Source: Alphaproteobacteria bacterium
Lineage (GTDB): Bacteria; Pseudomonadota; Alphaproteobacteria; UBA2966
Length of the DNA: 64,000 nucleotides
Direction: 5' to 3'
Assembly (NCBI GenBank): GCA_964291395.2
Contig: OZ219857.1
Span: 64,001-128,000 of the forward strand
The notes below the pieces were generated by a model. It was not told where the DNA came from, made no database searches, and saw only the letters and a program-made list of their open reading frames with translations. A program made the position numbers and the translations under genes. Positions 9,320 through 20,549 of the stretch are shown piece after piece (the first letter of the stretch is position 1; each line of letters starts with the position of its first letter).

Positions 9320-11725
9320 TCAGCTCCGCAACTGGCCGCCGGTCGCCTTCTCGACGGCGGCGACGACCTTGGCGGAAACGGAATCGATTTCGGCTTCGGT
9401 CAAGGTCCGTTCCGTCGGCTGCAAGCGGACGCCGATCGCCAGGGATTTTTGCCCGTCCTCGAGGGAGTCACCTTCGAACACGTCGAAGACGGAGACATCG
9501 ACGATCAAATCCTTGTCGGCCGAGGCGGCCGCCCGGACGAGATCGTCCGCCGGAACGTCCGAACCGACAAGAAAGGCGAAGTCGCGATCGACGGCAGGCA
9601 GATCGGAAACGTCCAGCCTCGGCCGCGTGTGCCCCTTCTTTCCCTTCGCCTGGGGCACGGCATCAAGGAACACCTCGAACACCACCAGGGGACTTTCGAT
9701 GTCGAGATCGTCGAGCATCCCGGGATGCACTTCGCCGAAACAGGCGAGCACGGTCTTGGGGCCCAAATTGAACGACCCGGAACGACCCGGGTGATACCAA
9801 CCCGGCGCGCCGGCCATTGTCTGCACGGCGGCCATCGGCGCGCCAACGGCCTGGAGCACCGCCAAGGCGTCGGCCTTCGCGTCGTAGACATCGACGTCCC
9901 GGCCTTCACCCGACCAATGGCGCGCGGAGTTCGGACCGCGCCGCAGTCCCGCGGCCACCAGATGTTGGGCATCGGGCGTCACGCCGGCGTAAGCGGCGCC
10001 GACCTCGAACAACGCGATCCGACTCTCGCCACGATCGATATTCCGTTTGCACGCAGCCAACAGATTCGTCAGGAGACTGGGGCGCATCACGTCGAGATCG
10101 CTGGTGATGGGGTTGGCCAGATTGAGATCGGGCGCGGGATCGCCGAAATGTTTGGCCAGACGGGACGATGTGAACGACCACGTGACGACCTCCATCAGGC
10201 CCCTGCCCGCGAGGATGCGTTTCGCATCCCGCTCCCGCCGCTGGGCGGTGGTCAGCACCGTCCGTGCGACGGGGGAGGGATTGGTCATGGGCACAGACGG
10301 AATCGCGTCGAAACCGTAGATGCGCGTCACTTCCTCGACGAGGTCGGCCTCGCCGTGAACATCCGATCGCCATGGCGGAACGGCGGCCTTCATCTCGCCG
10401 TCGACGAGCTCCACGCCGAATCCCAGGGATTCGAGAATCCTCCGAATCTCTGTTCGCGGCACGTCGATGCCGCCCAAATGGTGCACGCGGCCCGGACGGA
10501 GCGTGATCTCGCGCCGCCAATCGGGCGGGCCGCCGGCAACGACGATCTCGCTCGGATCACCGCCGCACAACTCCACGATCATCCGCGTGGCGACCTCCAT
10601 GCCGTCGCGCACGAACTCGGGGTCTACCCCCCGTTCGAACCGGTAGCGAGCGTCCGAATCGATCGTGTAGCGGCGTCCCGTGGCCGCCGTCCGCACCGGA
10701 TCGAAGAGCGCCGCCTCGATGAAAACGTTGACGGTCTCCTCCGTGCAGCCCGACGACTCGCCCCCGATGACGCCGCCGAGCGCCAGCGCTCCGTCGTCGT
10801 CGGCGATGACCGTAACTTCCGGGTCGAGCGTGTATGACTTGTCGTTGAGCGCCGCCACCGTTTCCCCGTTTTCGGCGAGCCGCACGTGAATTCCCCCTGA
10901 CAGCGTATCCGCATCGAACACATGAAGCGGACGGGCCAGGTCAAACGTGATGAAGTTGGTCATGTCGACAAGCGCCGAGATCGGCCGGAGGCCAATCGCT
11001 TTCAATCTGTCCTGCAGCCATCGGGGGCTGGGACCGTTCTTCACGCCCCGGATGTAGCGGCCGACGAACATCGGACAGGCATCCCGCGTCTCGGGGTCGA
11101 AGCGGAGCTCGACACCGACCGGACTCTCGAATCCGCCGGGAACAGGCTCGGTCCGAAGCGGCTTCAGATTCCCCAGACCCGCCGCCGCGAGGTCACGCGC
11201 GACACCATGCACGCCCAGACAATCCTGGCGATTGGGCGTGATGGCGATCTCGATCATGGGATCGTCGAGCCCCATCACGCGGGCGACAGGTTCTCCGACC
11301 GGCGCATCTTCGGGAAGTTCGATGATCCCCTCGTGCTCGTCGGAAAACCCCATCTCCCGCTCCGAACACAACATGCCCCGGCTCTCGACACCTCGGATCC
11401 TGGCTGCCTTGAGCTTCATGCCGTTTCCGGGAATGGTTGTCCCCACGGGGGCGTACACACCCTTCATGCCGGTGTGCGCATTGGGCGCCCCGCAGACCAC
11501 ATCGAGGGTCTCCGTTCCCGTGTCGACGGTGCAGACCTGAAGCCGGTCCGCATTGGGGTGCGGGCGCGCCTCGACAACGTACGCCACCGTGAATGGGTCG
11601 AGACCCGCAGCCTTGTCCACGACCTCTTCGACCTCGAGACCGATGGCCGTCAACGTGTCGACGATCTGTTCGACCGAGGCATCCGACTCGAGGTGATCCT
11701 TGAGCCAGGCGAGGGTGAACTTCAT
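9320..11725 (-). CDS. pheT: Phenylalanine-tRNA ligase beta subunit
   Basis: Starts [12 protein letters not shown]. Contains [16 protein letters not shown] and the C-terminal anticodon-binding domain. Overlaps the pheS stop. Confidence 0.98.
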   Translation of the reverse strand: MKFTLAWLKDHLESDASVEQIVDTLTAIGLEVEEVVDKAAGLDPFTVAYVVEARPHPNADRLQVCTVDTGTETLDVVCGAPNAHTGMKGVYAPVGTTIPGNGMKLKAARIRGVESRGMLCSEREMGFSDEHEGIIELPEDAPVGEPVARVMGLDDPMIEIAITPNRQDCLGVHGVARDLAAAGLGNLKPLRTEPVPGGFESPVGVELRFDPETRDACPMFVGRYIRGVKNGPSPRWLQDRLKAIGLRPISALVDMTNFITFDLARPLHVFDADTLSGGIHVRLAENGETVAALNDKSYTLDPEVTVIADDDGALALGGVIGGESSGCTEETVNVFIEAALFDPVRTAATGRRYTIDSDARYRFERGVDPEFVRDGMEVATRMIVELCGGDPSEIVVAGGPPDWRREITLRPGRVHHLGGIDVPRTEIRRILESLGFGVELVDGEMKAAVPPWRSDVHGEADLVEEVTRIYGFDAIPSVPMTNPSPVARTVLTTAQRRERDAKRILAGRGLMEVVTWSFTSSRLAKHFGDPAPDLNLANPITSDLDVMRPSLLTNLLAACKRNIDRGESRIALFEVGAAYAGVTPDAQHLVAAGLRRGPNSARHWSGEGRDVDVYDAKADALAVLQAVGAPMAAVQTMAGAPGWYHPGRSGSFNLGPKTVLACFGEVHPGMLDDLDIESPLVVFEVFLDAVPQAKGKKGHTRPRLDVSDLPAVDRDFAFLVGSDVPADDLVRAAASADKDLIVDVSVFDVFEGDSLEDGQKSLAIGVRLQPTERTLTEAEIDSVSAKVVAAVEKATGGQLRS

Positions 11726-12798
11726 CGCGCGAGCCCTCCCGCAAGGGTGGGCACGTCGAACGGAGCGAATCCGTAGTGCCTCAGCCACCGGAGATCGGAC
11801 TCGAAGAACGCGCGCAGATCCGGGATGCCGTATTTCAGCATGGCGATGCGGTCGATTCCCATGCCAAACGCGAAGCCCTGCCATTCGTTCGGGTCGAGGC
11901 CCACATTCTCCAGGACGTTGGGATGGACCATCCCGCAGCCCAGGATTTCGAGCCAGTCGCCGCCCTCGCCAATCTTCAGCTCCCTTCCTTTACGGGAGCA
12001 GCCGATGTCGACCTCCGCCGAGGGCTCCGTGAAGGGGAAATGACTGGGGCGAAACCGCATGCGCAGGTTGTCGTCCTCGAACATGACGCGGGCAAACTCT
12101 TCGAGGCAGCCTTTGAGATGCCCCATGTGAATGTCGTGGCCGATGGCGAGCCCCTCCACCTGGTGGAACATGGGCGTGTGCGTCATGTCGGAATCGCAGC
12201 GGAACGTCCGTCCCGGCGCGATGATGCGATAGGGCGGCGGGCTCGACCGCATGTGGCGGATCTGCACGGGAGACGTATGCGTCCGCAAGACGAGGGGAGC
12301 GCCATCCCGCTCCGCCTCGAGATAAAACGTGTCGTGCATCTGCCGCGCGGGATGTTCGGGCGGGATATTGAGCGCGGTAAAGTTGTGGAAATCGTCCTCT
12401 ATGTCGGGACCCTCCGCGACGGCGAATCCCATATCTGCGAAGATGGCGACAATTTCGTCGACCACCTGGCTGACGGGATGAATGCGGCCGCACCCCTCGG
12501 CTCGGACCGGCAGCGTGACATCGACGCTCTCGGTCGCCAGCTGTTCGGTAAGGGCAAGGTTCCGCAACGCGGTCCGCCGATCCTCGATTGCCGCGACGGT
12601 CTCGTCCTTGAGTGCGTTGAGCGCGGTGCCCGCGGAACGACGCTCCTCGGGCTCCATCGCGCCGAGTCCCTTCATCAGGTGCGTGATCGTGCCCTTGCGG
12701 CCCAGGGCCCGCACGCGTACGGCTTCAAGATCATCCAAGCTGCCGGCCGCCTCGATATCCGTACGGAGTTCGACCGCAAGTTCGTCGATGTCCTGCAT
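11722..12798 (-). CDS. pheS: Phenylalanine-tRNA ligase alpha subunit
   Basis: [28 protein letters not shown] and [10 protein letters not shown]. Start could instead be the GTG at 12810. Confidence 0.98.
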   Translation of the reverse strand: MQDIDELAVELRTDIEAAGSLDDLEAVRVRALGRKGTITHLMKGLGAMEPEERRSAGTALNALKDETVAAIEDRRTALRNLALTEQLATESVDVTLPVRAEGCGRIHPVSQVVDEIVAIFADMGFAVAEGPDIEDDFHNFTALNIPPEHPARQMHDTFYLEAERDGAPLVLRTHTSPVQIRHMRSSPPPYRIIAPGRTFRCDSDMTHTPMFHQVEGLAIGHDIHMGHLKGCLEEFARVMFEDDNLRMRFRPSHFPFTEPSAEVDIGCSRKGRELKIGEGGDWLEILGCGMVHPNVLENVGLDPNEWQGFAFGMGIDRIAMLKYGIPDLRAFFESDLRWLRHYGFAPFDVPTLAGGLAR

Positions 12799-12810
12799 GT
12801 TCTTGCTCAC

Positions 12811-12837
12811 AAAAAAGGGGCCGATTTCGAGGCCCCT
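12811..12837 (-). terminator. Intrinsic terminator-like hairpin between rplT and pheS
   Basis: Minus strand AGGGGCC-tcgaaatc-GGCCCCT followed by TTTTT. Confidence 0.75.
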
Positions 12838-12880
12838 CCGCAGCCGTTCGATCAACCGCTCTTACGTCCGGGGCCCCGGT

Positions 12881-13246
12881 TCAGGCGGCCTTGGCGAGCG
12901 CGGTTTCCGCCCGCTCGACCAACGCCTTGAAGGCCTCAGGCTCACGCGCCGCGAGATCGGCAAGAATTTTCCGGTCCACCTCGACACCGGCGAGCTTGAG
13001 ACCGTTCATAAATCGACCGTACGTCAAACCATGCATCCGGGCGGCTGCATTGATACGCTGAATCCACAATGCACGAAAGACGCGCTTGCGGTTGCGCCGG
13101 TCCCGATAGGCGTACTGCAACGCCTTTTCGACCCGTTCCAGGGCGACACGATACGAAGCGTGGCCACGGCCGCGATAGCCCTTGGCTTGCCTGAGTATCT
13201 TTTTGTGGCGGGCGTGCTTGGTAACGCCGCGCTTGACGCGAGCCAC
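12881..13246 (-). CDS. rplT: 50S ribosomal protein L20
   Basis: MARVKRGV...[24 protein letters not shown] start with a GAGGAG RBS. Confidence 0.98.
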   Translation of the reverse strand: MARVKRGVTKHARHKKILRQAKGYRGRGHASYRVALERVEKALQYAYRDRRNRKRVFRALWIQRINAAARMHGLTYGRFMNGLKLAGVEVDRKILADLAAREPEAFKALVERAETALAKAA

Positions 13247-13257
13247 CGGCGGTCTCC

Positions 13258-13455
13258 TCAGGCGTAAGGAACGAATTTGCGCACGATCTTGGCGTCGGAC
13301 TCGGACATGATCGTGGTACCCCGCTGGTTGCGTATCTGCTTATTGGTGCGCTTGATCATGCCGTGCCGCTTGCCGGATTGATTCATGCGTACCTTGCCCT
13401 TGGCGGTCAGCCGAAACCGCTTCTTGGCGCCGCTCTTGGTCTTGAGCTTTGGCAA
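13258..13455 (-). CDS. rpmI: 50S ribosomal protein L35
   Basis: TTG start, then [21 protein letters not shown]. 65 aa. Confidence 0.97.
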   Translation of the reverse strand: MPKLKTKSGAKKRFRLTAKGKVRMNQSGKRHGMIKRTNKQIRNQRGTTIMSESDAKIVRKFVPYA

Positions 13456-13530
13456 CCGCCCTCTCCACGAACCGTTCAGAATGGCGCACGGCGGCATGAC
13501 CGGGATGCACCGGCGGCGCCGCGGCGTGGC

Positions 13531-13559
13531 TTTATAGCCACTGCCCCTCGCCAATGCAA
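13531..13559 (-). promoter_or_regulatory. Putative sigma70 promoter of rpmI-rplT
   Basis: TTGCAT-N17-TATAAA on the minus strand. Confidence 0.6.
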
Positions 13560-13848
13560 GCAATCCATGTTTCTCCTGGCGATGACAAGCGGGATTATCC
13601 GGTTTTCATAGCACATCGATTGACCGCTTCCGCAGCCGCGGTGCGGACCGTCGCGCAGGCGGGAAAACTGGCTACACGGCTTGGCGAACCGGCCAAATCG
13701 AAAGCAGCGGCCAGCGACAGCATTGGGATCGTCGTCAACGTTCGACAGGCCGCAGCGAGAGGTTTCCATGCCCTCTTCACCCCAGTCCCGGAAACCAAAG
13801 CGGCCGGCTCCCGAAAGGCGGCCCGCCGCCGGAATTCCGATCGGCGGT

Positions 13849-14385
13849 CTACTTCGGCGCCACGACCATCGTCAGAAGCCGTCCCTCCATCTTGGGGAAC
13901 TGCTCCACCTTGGCGATCTCGTCCAAATCCTCGCGAACGCGTTCCAGCACATTCAACCCACGGTCCTGGTGGACCATTTCGCGGCCCCGAAAGCGCAAGG
14001 TCACCTTGACCTTGTCGCCTTCATTGATGAAGCGTTGGATCGAGCGCATCTTGACGTCGTAGTCATGGGACTCAATCCCCGGCCGCATCTTTATCTCTTT
14101 GACCTCGATGGTTTTCTGCTTCTTCCGCGCTACGTTCGCCTTCTTCTGCGCTTCGTATTTATACTTGCCGTAATCGAGGATTTTGCAAACAGGCGGTGCG
14201 GCGTTCGGAGAAAGCTCAACCAAATCGAGCTCTGCCTGTTCCGCCAGTTCAAACGCCTTTTCGACGTTCAGCACTCCAAGATTTTCACCGTTTTGATCGA
14301 TGAGTCGCACCTCGGCGACATCGATCATATCGTTGACACGCGGCCCTTCGCGGGTCGGGGGTGCCATTATGGGTCTTCTTACGAT
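13849..14385 (-). CDS. infC: Translation initiation factor IF-3 (probable ATC start)
   Basis: [26 protein letters not shown] and [17 protein letters not shown] lies 7 nt before an in-frame ATC at 14385, which has an in-frame TAG immediately upstream. Confidence 0.95.
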   Translation of the reverse strand: MVRRPIMAPPTREGPRVNDMIDVAEVRLIDQNGENLGVLNVEKAFELAEQAELDLVELSPNAAPPVCKILDYGKYKYEAQKKANVARKKQKTIEVKEIKMRPGIESHDYDVKMRSIQRFINEGDKVKVTLRFRGREMVHQDRGLNVLERVREDLDEIAKVEQFPKMEGRLLTMVVAPK

Positions 14386-14502
14386 CTAAGGGCCTCCAAC
14401 ATTCCCCACCGTACCGCCGGTCTGGCGTCCTCCCCGTCTTCGGCGGCCGAAAGTGGCAATTTCACACACAGGGTCATACACAGCCGCTGCTCCAGTGCCA
14501 AT

Positions 14503-16422
14503 TCAGGCCCCCGGGGCGCGTGCTTCTTCGCTAAGTCTAACTACCGCCTCGTCCAGCGCAAGACTTTGTTGCTCGCGTGATCCAAGGCGCCGAATGGACA
14601 CACTGCCGTCCTCGGCTTCCCGTTTGCCCACGGCGACGATCACCGGAACTTTGGCGTGGCTGTGCAGGCGCACCTTGTAGTTGATCTTTTCTGCCGAGGT
14701 ATCGAGCGTGACGCGCAATCCCGCAGACTCCAGTCTCTCCGCCACCTTGCCGGCGAATTCGTCGCCGTCCCGGGTGATCGTCGTCACGGCCACCTGGACG
14801 GGGGCCAGCCACAAGGGAAATCCACCCGCGTACTGTTCGACGAGGATGCCGATGAAACGCTCGAAGGACCCGAGTATGGCGCGATGCAGCATGACCGGCC
14901 GGTAGCGGACGCCATCCTCGCCCACGTATTCGGCATCCAGCCTCTCGGGCAGCACGAAATCGACTTGCAACGTGCCGCACTGCCATCGTCGGCCGATAGC
15001 GTCGGTGAGCTCAAAGTCGAGCTTCGGCCCATAGAACGCACCGTCACCCGGATTCAACGTGTACGCGATCCCGGCCTCTTCCACCGCGTCCCTGAGCGCT
15101 CCTTCCGCCTTGTCCCAGGTTTCGTCCGACCCCGCGCGGACCTCCGGCCGGTCCGAAAATCGCGCTTGCACTTCCTCGAAGCCGAAGTCCCGGTAAATTC
15201 CCATCAGCAGATCACAGAAGCGGCGGGTTTCCGAGTTGATCTGGTCGTCGGCACAGAAGATATGGGCGTCGTCCTGGACGAAACCGCGCACCCGCATCAG
15301 ACCGTGAAGCGAACCGGAGGGCTCGTACCGATGGCACGACCCGAATTCCGCCATCCGCAGCGGAAGCTCCCGGTAGCTCTTGACTCCCTGATTGAAGATC
15401 TGAACGTGGCAGGGACAGTTCATCGGTTTGAGCGCAAAGATCCGCTCCTCGGATTCCGAGGTGTACATGTTCTCCCGGAACTTCTCCCAGTGGCCCGACG
15501 CCTCCCACAGCGCGCGGTCGACGAGTTGGGGTGTCTTGACCTCGACATACCCTGCGTCCTCGAGCCTGCGGCGCATGTAGGCTTCCACGGTGCGATACAG
15601 TGTCCAGCCTTTGGGATGCCAGAACGCCATGCCGGCCGCCTCTTCCTGGAAATGGAACAGGTCCAATTCGCGTCCCAACCGGCGGTGGTCCCGGCGTTCC
15701 GCTTCCTCGAGCCGATGCAGGTAACCTTTGAGCTCCTTGTGGTTGCGCCACGCCGTCCCGTAGACGCGCTGCAGCATTTCGTTGCGCGCGTCGCCCCGCC
15801 AGTAGGCACCTGCGAGCTTCGTCAGCTTGAAAGCGTGGCCGAGCTTTCCGGTGGACGGCAGGTGAGGACCGCGGCAAAGATCGATGAAATCACCCTGCCG
15901 GTACAGCGTGATCGGCTCACCATCTGGAATCTCGGAGATGATCTCGGCCTTGTAGTGCTCGCCCATCGACCTGAACAGTCCGACGGCCGCGTCGCGTTCC
16001 CATACCTCCCGCACCACTTTTTCGTCCCGGTCGACGATCTCATGCATGCGGGCTTCCATGGCCTCAAGGTCTTCCGGCGTGAAGGGCTCCTCGCGGGAAA
16101 AGTCATAGTAAAAGCCGTCGGCGATCGCCGGCCCGATGGTGACCTGAATCTCGGGATACAGCTCCTTCGCCGCCTCGGCCAGAACATGCGCCGCATCGTG
16201 GCGCAGCAGGTCGAGCACCAGCTCATCGTCATCCTTCAGCGTGACGACAGAAATCTCCACGTCCTCTTCCAACTCGCGGGAGAGATCCCACAGATCGCCA
16301 TCCACCCGGACCGCCAGAGCCGCCTTGGCGAGGCCGGACCCGATATCGGACGCTACCTCCGCGCCGTTCGGCGCCCCGTCGTATCGCCGGACTCGTCCAT
16401 CTGGCATTGTCAGTGCAACCAT
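14503..16422 (-). CDS. thrS: Threonine-tRNA ligase
   Basis: TGS domain, DLCRGPH, KPMNCP, GAFYGPK and [11 protein letters not shown]. Confidence 0.98.
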   Translation of the reverse strand: MVALTMPDGRVRRYDGAPNGAEVASDIGSGLAKAALAVRVDGDLWDLSRELEEDVEISVVTLKDDDELVLDLLRHDAAHVLAEAAKELYPEIQVTIGPAIADGFYYDFSREEPFTPEDLEAMEARMHEIVDRDEKVVREVWERDAAVGLFRSMGEHYKAEIISEIPDGEPITLYRQGDFIDLCRGPHLPSTGKLGHAFKLTKLAGAYWRGDARNEMLQRVYGTAWRNHKELKGYLHRLEEAERRDHRRLGRELDLFHFQEEAAGMAFWHPKGWTLYRTVEAYMRRRLEDAGYVEVKTPQLVDRALWEASGHWEKFRENMYTSESEERIFALKPMNCPCHVQIFNQGVKSYRELPLRMAEFGSCHRYEPSGSLHGLMRVRGFVQDDAHIFCADDQINSETRRFCDLLMGIYRDFGFEEVQARFSDRPEVRAGSDETWDKAEGALRDAVEEAGIAYTLNPGDGAFYGPKLDFELTDAIGRRWQCGTLQVDFVLPERLDAEYVGEDGVRYRPVMLHRAILGSFERFIGILVEQYAGGFPLWLAPVQVAVTTITRDGDEFAGKVAERLESAGLRVTLDTSAEKINYKVRLHSHAKVPVIVAVGKREAEDGSVSIRRLGSREQQSLALDEAVVRLSEEARAPGA

Positions 16423-16465
16423 CCCAACTCCTCACATTGACCGGCGCTCCGGCGCCGGCAAGCGA

Positions 16466-16493
16466 AACATATGTGCGACAGGTCCGCTGTCAA
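16466..16493 (-). promoter_or_regulatory. Putative sigma70 promoter of thrS
   Basis: TTGACA-N16-TATGTT. The -35 box overlaps the stop codon of the GT9 remnant. Confidence 0.55.
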
Positions 16494-16783
16494 GGACACC
16501 GCAGCCGTCCGGCGGCAAGTCCGCCGTCGCGCCATATCTCATCGACGGACAGATCTTCCGGTCGTTCACCTCGGATCAGGACGACCCGGACACCTTGGGG
16601 AGCACGCAGTGCGGGATCCAAGTCCCGGAAGAACTGCACGACTGTCCGGCAGTTTGCGACATGGGCACGCCGACACACGGACGCGAACCGCGCCAACGAC
16701 GCGCGTCCACCGAGATCGATCGCATCCTTGCGTCGACCGGCGATCTCCGCGGTCACGTGTCATTCCGCGTCAGCCCCGATCAT
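16490..16783 (-). pseudogene. Remnant C-terminus of a GT9 (heptosyltransferase-like) glycosyltransferase
   Basis: The frame reads MIGADAE*HVTAEIAG...AIDLGGRASLARFASVCRRA-HVANCRTVVQFFRDLDPALRAPQG...LSVDEI, which resembles GT9 C-termini. It has an in-frame TGA at 16760-16762 and lacks the GNDTGPMH motif and the whole N-terminal domain. Confidence 0.6.
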
Positions 16784-18001
16784 TCATGCCGAGACCGACG
16801 GCTCGCTCGTGAGCGACTCGTACACCGCTAGGGTCCGCTCGCACATGAGTTCGACGGTCAGGTTCTCCGCCACGTGGCGGCGCGCCCGCTCCGCGAGGGT
16901 GCGTCGCGTGTCCGCGTCGATGTCGAGAGCCCGACCGAGGGCCCGGGCCAGTGCCTCCGGCTTGCCCGGTGGCACCAGCCATCCCGTCTCACCCGGAACG
17001 ATGGTCTCCCGGGAGGCGCCATGCTCGGTCGCGACCACCGGCCGGCCCATCGCCTGCGCTTCCGCCGTGACCCGGCCGAACGCTTCCGGCTTGGTCGACG
17101 CGGAGACCACCACGTCGGCCAGCATGTAAGCGGCCGGCATGTCACGACAGTGAGGGACGATCCGGACCACGCCCCCCAGTCCGAGGGAATTCGTCAGCTG
17201 CTCCAGCTCACTGCGGTAACGCGTTCGGCCTTGGTCGGAGCCGACGAGCACGCAGCACAGATCGCGGCGCTCCAGCCGAGCCAGCGCCTCGATCAGTACG
17301 GCGTGACCCTTCCATCGGGTCAACCTACCGGGCAGCATCACGATGGGAACGCCGTCGGGCAGGCGCCAGGCGTTGACCAGCTGAATGACCCGCTCCGCGC
17401 TGATGTTCACGGGATCGAAGTTCTCCGTATTGATGCCCCGAGGGATGGTCACCAAGCGTTCGGGCTCAACGCGGTAGACGTCCCTGACGTGACCGGCGAT
17501 GAAGTCCGAGATGGCGATCACGCGCCGGCCCCGCGTCATGACGGAGTTGTACAGCCGCTTCAGACCAGTAGCGCCGTCATACGCGCCATGAAATGTCGTT
17601 ACGAAGTGGGCGCCGGTCCTCCGCGCCGCGAAATCCGCACTCCACGCCGGCGCCCGCGAGCGGGAGTGCACGATGCCGATATCGTAGTCGCGGATGACCG
17701 CCGTCAATTCTCTGGCATTGCGATGCATGACCAGCGGGTTCTTCGAATAGAGCGGCAGTGTAACGTGGCGAACGCCCATCTTCTCCAGATCGTAGACAAG
17801 CGGACCGCCCGCCGAGGCGACGACCGACGCGCCGCCTGCCTGAGCCAGCGCCGTCGCGACGTCCACGGCGCCGCGCGCCACCCCGCCCGGCTCCAGTGCC
17901 GGCAAGATCTGCAGCACCCGAGGCGCGCGTTCGACGCTATCTCCGGACGCCGCTTCTGCAGGCGTAGAGCGCGTGGTAGAGTCGGTCGCCGCTTCCGTCA
18001 T
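16784..18001 (-). CDS. Glycosyltransferase family 4
   Basis: VLQILPAL..GG, HSRSRAPAW, PGRLTRWKGH and EAFGRVTAEAQAMG (EX7E). Start is uncertain. Confidence 0.92.
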   Translation of the reverse strand: MTEAATDSTTRSTPAEAASGDSVERAPRVLQILPALEPGGVARGAVDVATALAQAGGASVVASAGGPLVYDLEKMGVRHVTLPLYSKNPLVMHRNARELTAVIRDYDIGIVHSRSRAPAWSADFAARRTGAHFVTTFHGAYDGATGLKRLYNSVMTRGRRVIAISDFIAGHVRDVYRVEPERLVTIPRGINTENFDPVNISAERVIQLVNAWRLPDGVPIVMLPGRLTRWKGHAVLIEALARLERRDLCCVLVGSDQGRTRYRSELEQLTNSLGLGGVVRIVPHCRDMPAAYMLADVVVSASTKPEAFGRVTAEAQAMGRPVVATEHGASRETIVPGETGWLVPPGKPEALARALGRALDIDADTRRTLAERARRHVAENLTVELMCERTLAVYESLTSEPSVSA

Positions 18002-18038
18002 TGGAGCGCCCCAACCCCTCGATCCCGTTGCGTTGGAC

Positions 18039-18869
18039 ATGGTCGAGCCGAGCATCTTAACCCGGGCCGACGGGACCACAATCGCCTATCGCACGCATAC
18101 CGGCAAGTCGCCGGGCGTCGTCTTCTGCGGCGGTTTCAACTCGGACATGACCGGCACCAAGGCACTGGCACTGGACACCCATTGCCGGGAAACCGGTCGC
18201 GCCTTCCTCCGTTTCGACTATTTCGGGCATGGCTCGTCTTCCGGAGAATTTCGGAACGGAACGATCGGCCGCTGGAAGGACGATGCCATCGCGGTCATCG
18301 ACGACCTCACCGAAGGCCCTCAGATCGTTGTCGGTTCGAGCATGGGCGGCTGGATCATGTTGCTTGCGGCCCTGGCGCGGCCGTCGCGCGTCGCGGGACT
18401 TCTGGGCATCGCGCCGGCCCCGGATTTCACCGAGGATCTGATGTGGGCCGAGTTCGACGACGGCACACGGGAGATCCTCCAGCGTGATGGCGTCTATCTG
18501 CAACCTTCGGAATACAACAACGAGCCTTACGCCATCACGCTCCACCTGATCGAGGAAGGTCGAAACCACCTGCTCCTCCGGGAGACGGTGAGACTGACCT
18601 GTCCCCTGCGGGTCCTTCAGGGCATGAACGACCCCGACGTTCCCTGGCGCCACGCACTGAGGCTCATCGAGGCCTATGAAGGGGCCGACGTAGAAGTCAC
18701 GTTTGTAAAGGGAGGTGATCATCGATTGTCCGAACCCAACGACATCGCTCGGCTTCTCCGCACGGTCGACGAGCTCGCGGGCATAGTGGAAGGGGTTAAC
18801 CCGCCGCAAGTACGGACAGACCGGCACGGTAGTTCGGGTATCGCAGTGTCACGCCAAGATCTTTCTTGA
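18039..18869 (+). CDS. Alpha/beta hydrolase (ABHD10-like)
   Basis: GGFNSDMTGTKA, RFDYFGHG, nucleophile elbow GSSMGG, DPDVP and GDHRLS. Confidence 0.9.
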   Translation: MVEPSILTRADGTTIAYRTHTGKSPGVVFCGGFNSDMTGTKALALDTHCRETGRAFLRFDYFGHGSSSGEFRNGTIGRWKDDAIAVIDDLTEGPQIVVGSSMGGWIMLLAALARPSRVAGLLGIAPAPDFTEDLMWAEFDDGTREILQRDGVYLQPSEYNNEPYAITLHLIEEGRNHLLLRETVRLTCPLRVLQGMNDPDVPWRHALRLIEAYEGADVEVTFVKGGDHRLSEPNDIARLLRTVDELAGIVEGVNPPQVRTDRHGSSGIAVSRQDLS

Positions 18870-19668
18870 TGCGATCGTTCCGGACCCGCCGGCACTCTGC
18901 GTAGAAAGACCGCTCAATTTCCGTGAGTTCCGCTTCATCGAACGAGACCAGGGGCGGCACCTCGCACCCCGCGAGGTCGCACGCGAAAGCGACGACATCC
19001 TGAGGGGGCGCCGGTTCGTCGTCACAAACGTTATAGATGGCGCCCGGATCAGGCCGTTCCATTGAAGCGCGCAAGACCTGAACGATATCCGAAACGTGTA
19101 TGCGCGAGAAAACCTGACCGGGCTTGAGGATTCGCCTTGCCGTTCCCCGCCGAGCCGATTCGACCGGATTTCGTCCGGGTCCGTAGATGCCCGCCAGACG
19201 GAAAACGTGAACCGGTACGTTCTTACGCCGACTCAGGTCCAGCCAGGCTCGCTCGGCCGCTGCGCGGCGGATGCTTCGTTCGGTCCCAGGACGGCACTCC
19301 GAAGTCTCGTCGACCCAACCGCCGCGACGATCACCATAAACTCCAACCGTGGAGAGGTAACCGATCCACGACAGGGATTGCATCGATCCGATGTCGGCAC
19401 CATGGCAGTCGAGGACGGGATCGCCCTTCGAATCCGGAGGCACGGAGACGAGCACGTGCGTGACGCCGGCCAATGTCCGCGTCGGCCAAGGCAGAGGACG
19501 ATCCCGGTCGAAGACGTACGTCCGGGTCCCGTCAGATCTGGGTCTGTCGCGAGACCCGTCCCCTCTGGAAGTCCCAGAGATCACCCAGTCCTCGAATGGA
19601 AGCGACGCAGCCAATGCCCGGGCGGTGTAGCCGAGGCCGAAACAGAACATGGCCTTGTCGTTCGTCAC
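18796..19668 (-). CDS. Atypical SDR / NAD-dependent epimerase (YeeZ-like)
   Basis: FGLGYTA, YLSTVGVYGD, FRLAGIYGPGR and FSRIHVSD. Confidence 0.9.
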   Translation of the reverse strand: MTNDKAMFCFGLGYTARALAASLPFEDWVISGTSRGDGSRDRPRSDGTRTYVFDRDRPLPWPTRTLAGVTHVLVSVPPDSKGDPVLDCHGADIGSMQSLSWIGYLSTVGVYGDRRGGWVDETSECRPGTERSIRRAAAERAWLDLSRRKNVPVHVFRLAGIYGPGRNPVESARRGTARRILKPGQVFSRIHVSDIVQVLRASMERPDPGAIYNVCDDEPAPPQDVVAFACDLAGCEVPPLVSFDEAELTEIERSFYAECRRVRNDRIKKDLGVTLRYPNYRAGLSVLAAG

Positions 19669-19756
19669 GGAAAACCGTCCATTTTTTCGGAGCCGAGACT
19701 TGCGCCCACTCCCGATCTACTCGACTCTTGGGGTCATGCCAAGGACAGGCTCTCGA

Positions 19757-20539
19757 ATGCGCTTATGGTGCCGGTGGCTTGCGAGAGCCATCCCGGCCGG
19801 AGCCGCATGCGCCTTTGCCGCCGCCGCTTTTATCGGCCCCGCAAAGGCCGCGGTCGATGAGGAACGCTATGCCGCATGTATCGCAAAAATCGAAAGCGAT
19901 CCACGCGATGCGTTCGACACGGCGGTGTTCTGGCGATTCATGGGCGGCGGCATTCCGGCCGCACACTGCGCCGGCTTGGCGCTCATCCGCCTGGGTCAGC
20001 ACAAGTATGGGGCCGAGCGGCTCGAAACCGTGGTCCGCAAGATGCGGAACTCGGACGACTTCAACGAGCCGGCCAAGATCGCCGAAGTCCTGGCACAGGC
20101 CGGGCATGGTTGGATGCTTACAGGCGATCCCGCACGCGCCAGGCATCTGTTCACCAAGGCACTGGAGTTCAAGCCGGGAACCGCAGAGTATTTCGTCGAC
20201 AGATCCCTCGCAGCCATTGACCTTCGGGACTTTCGCGCGGCCGCAGGCGACCTGGATGCAGCGGTCAAGTTCGACCCGGAAAGTACCGATGCTTACGCCT
20301 TTCGCGCCCGAGTTCGCCGAAAACTGGGTGACGTCGAGGGAGCGATCGCCGATGCCGAGCGTGCGGTCTCGCTGGACGCCAACCACGTCCCCGCTTTGCT
20401 CGAACGCGGTTCGCTTCGGCGGCTCATGAATGACAGCGAAGGTGCCCGCGCCGACTGGCAGCGCGTGGTCGAAGTGGCGCCGGACAGCTCCGAGGCGGTT
20501 GCGGCGAAGGCAATGCTCAAGGCTCTCGAAAGCCAATAG
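19757..20539 (+). CDS. Exported tetratricopeptide-repeat protein
   Basis: Signal peptide ending AKA, followed by several TPR-like helical repeats. Start could instead be 19736. Confidence 0.85.
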   Translation: MRLWCRWLARAIPAGAACAFAAAAFIGPAKAAVDEERYAACIAKIESDPRDAFDTAVFWRFMGGGIPAAHCAGLALIRLGQHKYGAERLETVVRKMRNSDDFNEPAKIAEVLAQAGHGWMLTGDPARARHLFTKALEFKPGTAEYFVDRSLAAIDLRDFRAAAGDLDAAVKFDPESTDAYAFRARVRRKLGDVEGAIADAERAVSLDANHVPALLERGSLRRLMNDSEGARADWQRVVEVAPDSSEAVAAKAMLKALESQ

Positions 20540-20549
20540 CGCACGTCTT

